A DNA stretch of 64,000 nucleotides, taken from NCBI GenBank assembly GCA_048938005.1, contig JBHLMQ010000009.1:32001-96000 (forward strand), in the 5' to 3' direction. This DNA comes from Promethearchaeota archaeon (GTDB taxonomy: Archaea; Asgardarchaeota; Lokiarchaeia; Sigyniarchaeales; SOKP01). Numbering within the stretch: the stretch's first letter is position 1; every line of letters begins with the position of its first letter. Shown here in pieces: positions 58,683 through 64,000 of this stretch. Made by a program: the position numbers and the translations under genes. The notes beneath the pieces are model-generated. The model made no database searches, was not told the origin of the DNA, and was given only the letters and a program-made list of their open reading frames with translations.

Positions 58683-59657
58683 TTAGATTTCAAATATGTT
58701 ACCAGTATTATAGATTGTATTATCTAAATCGAGTATTATCTGCCCACCCGATGCTATTTCTACAGCATAATTTATCCCTTCTAAAACTCTATTCATCATG
58801 AATTCATAAGCGGTAAAACAATCTTCAAGCTGTGGCATATGATTCTCCGCATAACATTGAGAGATTGCAGGAATTAATTCCGGAATGAAATCTTGGCTAA
58901 TCATCATCTCCTCTGCATCAATATCAGTTTCTTTTGCTAGTGTAAAAGGATTGTACACATCCATTTGTGCAAACATCACTCTACAAACAAATAGAGAAGC
59001 CTTGATTTCTTTCATTATAAATTTAATCCTATTTTTATCATCAAGAAATTTCTTAAAAGTGATAGCATTGATGATATCTTCATTAGTTATCGTATCTGAA
59101 GTATCCATTAATTCACTTACTCTTTCTGACATCCTTTTTGAAGATAACATTAGTCTAAGATTCATCTCATTTTTTTTATAATAATCCTCGTAAAAAGCAG
59201 AAAGAAATGTATGGCCACCAAGATTCATTCGGTCTTCAGAGAGGTCTAATTTATAATTCATTCGCTTAAATTTATCCATAAAGTTTTTAATGATTAAAAA
59301 TTTTAATTTTAATCGATGTAAAGCAAAAAATAAGCATAATCTTGTCTTAGTATATGCTTCTACATTTCCCATTCTAAATCGATCGTGATGTTCCCTTGCA
59401 TACATCACCACAGGCTTCAATTTACTAACTACAACTTCTATGAAATATTCAATGATATGTTCAAGGGGGCGGCACTCTAATACATGAAATTTCTCTATTA
59501 ATTTTTGGCTTGTTGGTTGACTTTGGGGTAATTCCTTAATATCATCATAATTGTAATATTCAAGAAATAGGGAAGTCAACGCCTCCATTTCTAATACTGT
59601 TCGACAGGGAATAAAAACCTTATTTAAATCATATAATATTGTTCCGCTTTCTGGCAT
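58683..59657 (-). CDS. hypothetical protein divergent from actin
   Basis: 324-aa ORF; predicted helical, Met-rich; no motif recognised. Confidence 0.7.
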   Translation of the reverse strand: MPESGTILYDLNKVFIPCRTVLEMEALTSLFLEYYNYDDIKELPQSQPTSQKLIEKFHVLECRPLEHIIEYFIEVVVSKLKPVVMYAREHHDRFRMGNVEAYTKTRLCLFFALHRLKLKFLIIKNFMDKFKRMNYKLDLSEDRMNLGGHTFLSAFYEDYYKKNEMNLRLMLSSKRMSERVSELMDTSDTITNEDIINAITFKKFLDDKNRIKFIMKEIKASLFVCRVMFAQMDVYNPFTLAKETDIDAEEMMISQDFIPELIPAISQCYAENHMPQLEDCFTAYEFMMNRVLEGINYAVEIASGGQIILDLDNTIYNTGNIFEI

Positions 59658-60081
59658 AGTAAAATATCCTTTTAATTACAAATTTGAGTTAACTAATAAT
59701 AACCCTCCATCGTTAACAAGTAATATTATAGATTTTCTATAAAATAAGTTTTATGATTGACTCAAAAAATTTGAGATCTTTAACGTTAAAAAAAGGATTG
59801 AGGATTATATCCTTATATTTTAATGATTAGATTTATATTGTTGTCTATTTTTTTCAATAGTTTTTCTTATCCCTAAGCTTTAAATATTAATGTCGGAAAA
59901 TGCATATTTTTATAACAATCCTTTCAATTTCTAAAAATTTTAACTCAATTTGTTTTAAAATCATAATATGATGGAAATATGGTTAGATTGTAATATACTA
60001 ATTTATTAATCAAATACTATACTATATTTCGTGCTATATTTATAAATCCTTTAAAAAAAGGGTAGTTTTTGTTTCTGGTTT

Positions 60082-60098
60082 AAAAAAATTTATAAATA
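60082..60098 (+). promoter_or_regulatory. candidate BRE-TATA promoter for actin
   Basis: AAAAAAA-TTTATAAATA about 170 nt upstream of the actin ATG; the AT-rich background makes this uncertain. Confidence 0.3.
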
Positions 60099-60268
60099 CA
60101 TAATTTATTAGATTATTAAATTTTGTATTTTACACATTAATTGTTCTTTAAAAAAACAATTTTTTGATAAAAATATAAAAATTAAAATTACCACAAGTAA
60201 TATAAAATATACACCTAAAAATATAATTCAAAATATTTAAAATTAAAATTAAGAGCTGAATTAGAAAA

Positions 60269-61414
60269 ATGGCAGAGGAAGAAAGCTTTTTAAACGCAAA
60301 AGCCCTGGTTGTTGACAATGGTACCGGAATCTCCAAGAATGGTTTTGCTGGTGAGGATCAACCAAGGTCAGTTTTCCCTACACTAATTGGATACCCCAAG
60401 TATGAAAGCATCATGACAGATGTTGAGCACTATACTCGGGAATACTATATTGGTGAGGAAGCTATGCAATTAAAAGGCGTTTTAAAGTTAATGTTCCCTG
60501 TTGAGCATGGTATCATTGAAGACTGGACTGCTATGGAGAAAATTTGGCACTATACTTTTTATACTGACTTGCGCATCGATCCAAGTGAACATCCAGTTCT
60601 TTTGACGGAAGCACCATTAAATCCACGTCCAAACCGTGAAAAAATGGCTGAAATTATGTTCGAGACATTCAATACACCTGCTCTTTATGTAGCAATGCAA
60701 GCAGTATTGAGTCTTTACGCTTCTGGTCGTACTACAGGGTGTGTTATAGATATTGGTGATGGAGTTTCCCACGTTGTACCAATCTTCGAGGGTTTCGCTT
60801 TAAGCCATGCTATTCAGAGAATCGATCTTGCAGGCCGAGACATTACAACATATTTACAGAGACTTCTTCGACAAAAGGGGTATTCTTTCACAACATCTGC
60901 AGAAAAAGAAATTGTTCGAGACATCAAGGAGAAATTATGCTATGTAGCAATCGATCCTGAAAAAGAAATGATGCTTTCCAAGAAAGTTGCCGGGATGGAA
61001 AAAAGCTACATGCTTCCTGATGGTGAAACTATAAATGTTGGTGTCGAAAGATTCCTAGCTCCTGAATGTTTCTTTAATCCAAGTGTAATCGGTAAAGAAT
61101 TAGAGCCGTTAGACGATGTAATTGTAAGCGCTATTTCAGAATGCGACGTTGATCTTCGAAGAGACTTGTATAGTAATATTGTTCTTTCCGGTGGCTCCAC
61201 AATGTTTCCTGGTATTAAGGAACGATTAACTAAAGAAATTAAGGAGCAAATTCCTGAAAGCGTTGATGTGAAGATTATCGCGCCACCAGAGCGTATGTAT
61301 TCTGTATGGATTGGTGGTTCAATTTTAAGCTCTCTGAAAACGTTTCATAGAATGTGGGTTACTAGGAGAGAATATAAAGAGATGGGGCCACAAGTCATCC
61401 ACCGATGCTTCTAA
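60269..61414 (+). CDS. actin (lokiactin/Asgard actin)
   Basis: [107 protein letters not shown]. Confidence 0.97.
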   Translation: MAEEESFLNAKALVVDNGTGISKNGFAGEDQPRSVFPTLIGYPKYESIMTDVEHYTREYYIGEEAMQLKGVLKLMFPVEHGIIEDWTAMEKIWHYTFYTDLRIDPSEHPVLLTEAPLNPRPNREKMAEIMFETFNTPALYVAMQAVLSLYASGRTTGCVIDIGDGVSHVVPIFEGFALSHAIQRIDLAGRDITTYLQRLLRQKGYSFTTSAEKEIVRDIKEKLCYVAIDPEKEMMLSKKVAGMEKSYMLPDGETINVGVERFLAPECFFNPSVIGKELEPLDDVIVSAISECDVDLRRDLYSNIVLSGGSTMFPGIKERLTKEIKEQIPESVDVKIIAPPERMYSVWIGGSILSSLKTFHRMWVTRREYKEMGPQVIHRCF

Positions 61415-61461
61415 AGCGTCAATATATTTGCCAAAAATCAAATGGGAATTAACATTTTAAG

Positions 61462-61482
61462 TTTTTTATTTTTCTTTTTTTT
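61462..61482 (+). terminator. T-rich terminator candidate after actin
   Basis: TTTTTTATTTTTCTTTTTTTT about 50 nt after the stop. Confidence 0.5.
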
Positions 61483-61571
61483 ATTGTATTTTTACTGATT
61501 AGATTTAAACTTATTCTATCATATGTGATAAATTAGAAAAGTGAGAATTTAAGAATCTTTTTTTAGAAATA

Positions 61572-63014
61572 ATGGAATTACATCCGGATAATATTATAGA
61601 AAATTTGGATCAAATTGGGAGGAAGGAAGGGTTAGTTCTTTTAAGAGAATGGATTGATAGTTCCAGTGAACAAATTTTACGTCAAAAAGCGTTAGAATAT
61701 TATGGATCTATTGATACTGGTAAGAATTTTAAATTTTTTGAACATTTGTTTCTTTCTGATGAAAATCTCAATTTAAGACTAATTGCAGGGCAAATATTAA
61801 AAGAAAAATATTGGGATAATAAGAAACTTATATCTTTGTTAGAGTATACATTAAGAAAAGTTGATAATATAAAACAACGGCTTTTTGCAGTGAAAACATT
61901 CGCCTCAATAGATAATGTAAAAACACGAAAATTGATAGTAGAATATCTGAAGGAATTAATTAAAAAAGAGTTTAAAGATAAAGTCAAAGAATTCCCAAAA
62001 GAAATTTATACTTTTAATTATAATGAAACCATCCCTGGATTATTTCTTGATATCTGTATTAACTTACTTTTATATACACATTATACAAATAAATGTGGAT
62101 ATCATGTTACTGTGAGAAAAGGAAAAATTATATCTCTAAATTGTGAGAGTTCTAATTTAGGCAGATTTTCTGAAATTACGGAACTTAACAGTTTAAAAAA
62201 TTTGGAACATCTTCAGTTGGAGCGAAATAAAATTAATAATATCGATGGGATTCAAATTTTAGAAAAATTACGAACATTAGATTTATCTCATAATAAATTA
62301 GTTAAAATTGAAAATTTGGAAAGTTTAACAAATTTAGAAGAATTAAATTTAGCAAATAATGAGATTCGAAGAATAGATGGTTTGGATTCTTTAAAAAAAC
62401 TAAAAAAGTTATCTTTGAACGATAATATACTTGAAGATATTGACAATCTCACTCATTTAACTAATTTGGAAGAATTAAATTTAAGTCATAATGCAATTTC
62501 AGATATTAAAAATTTGGATAATTTAAGTCAATTAATAAGGCTAAATCTTTCCTTTAATCAGATCGAGAAGATCACCGGGATTAAAAGTCTAAAAAATCTT
62601 CAATGGTTATATATTAATGATAACAAAATTAACCAAATCGAAGAATTATCTACTCTTCATAAACTAAAAGGATTGTACCTTTCAAATAATCTAATAGTAA
62701 AAATTGAGGGGCTTGAAAACTTAATAAATTTAAGAAAATTAGAACTATCTAATAATAAAATTACAAGAATAGGTGGTTTGAGAGCTCTAAATAATTTACA
62801 GGAGTTATATTTAGATAACAACAATATAAAGGAATTTGAAGGATTGGAGAATTTAACTGATCTAATTATGCTACATCTTGGTAGAAATGAAATAACAAAA
62901 TTTAGAAATGAAAATATTGATTGTTTGAAAAATTTGAATTTTTTATTCTTAAATGAAAATCCGTTAGATCAAAAGAGTTGGGAACAATTCAAGAAAAGAT
63001 TTAAGTATCCCTAA
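61572..63014 (+). CDS. HEAT-like N-terminus plus SDS22-type leucine-rich repeat protein
   Basis: About 12 tandem 22-aa LxxLxxLxLxxNxIxxIxxLxx repeats (aa ~208-465); helical-repeat N-terminus (LRQKALE, LRLIAGQIL, QRLFAVKTF). Confidence 0.9.
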   Translation: MELHPDNIIENLDQIGRKEGLVLLREWIDSSSEQILRQKALEYYGSIDTGKNFKFFEHLFLSDENLNLRLIAGQILKEKYWDNKKLISLLEYTLRKVDNIKQRLFAVKTFASIDNVKTRKLIVEYLKELIKKEFKDKVKEFPKEIYTFNYNETIPGLFLDICINLLLYTHYTNKCGYHVTVRKGKIISLNCESSNLGRFSEITELNSLKNLEHLQLERNKINNIDGIQILEKLRTLDLSHNKLVKIENLESLTNLEELNLANNEIRRIDGLDSLKKLKKLSLNDNILEDIDNLTHLTNLEELNLSHNAISDIKNLDNLSQLIRLNLSFNQIEKITGIKSLKNLQWLYINDNKINQIEELSTLHKLKGLYLSNNLIVKIEGLENLINLRKLELSNNKITRIGGLRALNNLQELYLDNNNIKEFEGLENLTDLIMLHLGRNEITKFRNENIDCLKNLNFLFLNENPLDQKSWEQFKKRFKYP

Positions 63015-63040
63015 CTGATTAAATTTTTCTTCAGTAAATC

Positions 63041-63613
63041 TCAAGAGGGTAAACTTTCATTGATATAATCTTCAATCCAGAGTTCCATTAGAACCTCATC
63101 ATAGTATTTTGAATCCATATAGAATTGATTTTTCCTAATACCGACAACTTTAAATCCTATTTTTTTGTATAGATATAATGCTCTCTCATTGGTAGAAAAA
63201 CAACTCAAAATGATTTTTTCCTTAGCGTTTAAATTTTTAGATTCCCATATTGCCATATCAATTAATTGATGTCCGATACCTAAATCTCGATACTTTTTCT
63301 TTACAATAATCCCTAAAATCCCAACATGCTTTGCTGCGTCCCAATCAGAATTTAAAACCTCACATTGTCCAATGATATTATAAGGAGATTTAAGTTCTGG
63401 ATTTTCTGCTACGATACAAATTTCATTTTCTTTTATAATGTTGAGATACCAAGAATCTTTTTCTAACTGAGATCTAACAGGAAAAAATACAGGTAAGTAA
63501 ATACCCTCGTCAATAACTTCATTGAAATTATACCAAACACCATCAATGTCTAATTTGGTTAAATGCCTTATAATTATACTCTCTCCAGTTTTTAACTCTA
63601 AGACCTTTTTCAT
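63041..63613 (-). CDS. GNAT family N-acetyltransferase
   Basis: GIIVKKKYRDLGIG (motif A), NERALYLYKKIGF, YYDEVLM. Confidence 0.88.
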   Translation of the reverse strand: MKKVLELKTGESIIIRHLTKLDIDGVWYNFNEVIDEGIYLPVFFPVRSQLEKDSWYLNIIKENEICIVAENPELKSPYNIIGQCEVLNSDWDAAKHVGILGIIVKKKYRDLGIGHQLIDMAIWESKNLNAKEKIILSCFSTNERALYLYKKIGFKVVGIRKNQFYMDSKYYDEVLMELWIEDYINESLPS

Positions 63614-63658
63614 TACTTAAATATAAATTTTTATAATTAAATTCCTTATGGTAATATT

Positions 63659-64000
63659 ATGGAAAATAAAAATAATCAATCGAGTAAAAAAGAGAACGAA
63701 GAAAAAGAGAAGGTAAGAGCTTATATAGAAAAAATAACTGAAAGTAAAAAGCAACCAGTAGCGAAGGATTTAGTTAAACTAAAACATGTGGAACCAAAAA
63801 AACAAGAAATAAGTCCAGAAACAAGAGACCTTGCACAAACTTTAAAGGAAAGCTATTTAGAGCATGATCAATTCGAGAGGCTTTCAAACGATGAAATTAC
63901 AATTCTTGAAACATTTATGGATAAAAGATTATTTTTAGAACGAATTGCTATAATCGCCAACCAGTCAAGGATACCATTAGGGATTCCTGGTTTTAAAAGG
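63659..64000 (+). CDS. hypothetical protein, N-terminal part (runs off the right edge)
   Basis: Manual translation MENKNNQSSKKENEEKEKVRAYIEK...LSNDEITILETF...RIPLGIPGFKR, open to the edge. Confidence 0.6.
   Translation, partial: MENKNNQSSKKENEEKEKVRAYIEKITESKKQPVAKDLVKLKHVEPKKQEISPETRDLAQTLKESYLEHDQFERLSNDEITILETFMDKRLFLERIAIIANQSRIPLGIPGFKR

Noticed and set aside
2530-61987. Numerous 60-112 aa antisense or overlapping ORFs in the track (e.g. 2530, 15873, 41680, 42263, 43865, 51937, 57868, 60148)
   Set aside because: They are shadows of well-supported genes, with Ser/Phe/Ile-rich antisense composition and no motifs
62190-62970. Periodic ~66-nt DNA repeats
   Set aside because: Explained by the 22-aa LRR coding repeats; not a CRISPR array or satellite
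63041-63613. GNAT near actin as an actin N-terminal acetyltransferase (NAA80 analogue)
   Set aside because: Generic prokaryotic GNAT motifs, opposite strand and separated by the LRR gene; proximity is the only evidence
1-64000. tRNA/rRNA genes, CRISPR arrays, IS elements or proviruses
   Set aside because: No GC-rich structured intergenic islands, spaced direct repeats, transposase, integrase or capsid motifs were seen by eye; tRNAscan-SE or Infernal would be needed to exclude small RNAs

Overview
Very AT-rich archaeal chromosome segment that looks like Asgard archaea, most likely Lokiarchaeia. This is inferred from a bona fide actin (lokiactin), Rab-like small GTPases, a gelsolin-like domain, SDS22-type LRRs and archaeal informational genes (rpo3, rpl18e, aEF-1beta, Sm/Lsm, RIO2, TrmI). 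Housekeeping blocks: trmI with a tRNA-binding OB-fold gene; glyA-rpo3-rpl18e-rpl13-rps9; aroA/aroC; mutS/mutL; a 2-oxoacid:ferredoxin oxidoreductase (por) operon split by two 5-PAS histidine kinases; and a ~12.7 kb hdrC-hdrB-frhB-like-hdrA-mvhD-hdrA-flxDCBA electron-bifurcation cluster. Most promising unexplained systems: (1) a translationally coupled circularly permuted ATP-grasp amidoligase plus M14 Zn-carboxypeptidase, a possible peptide-tag writer/eraser pair analogous to eukaryotic TTLL/CCP; (2) a gelsolin-like domain fused to four transmembrane helices, a candidate actin-membrane anchor; (3) a Rab-fold pseudo-GTPase missed by the ORF track at the left edge. No tRNA, rRNA, CRISPR array or transposase was seen. 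All family assignments come from motif recognition by eye, not database searches.
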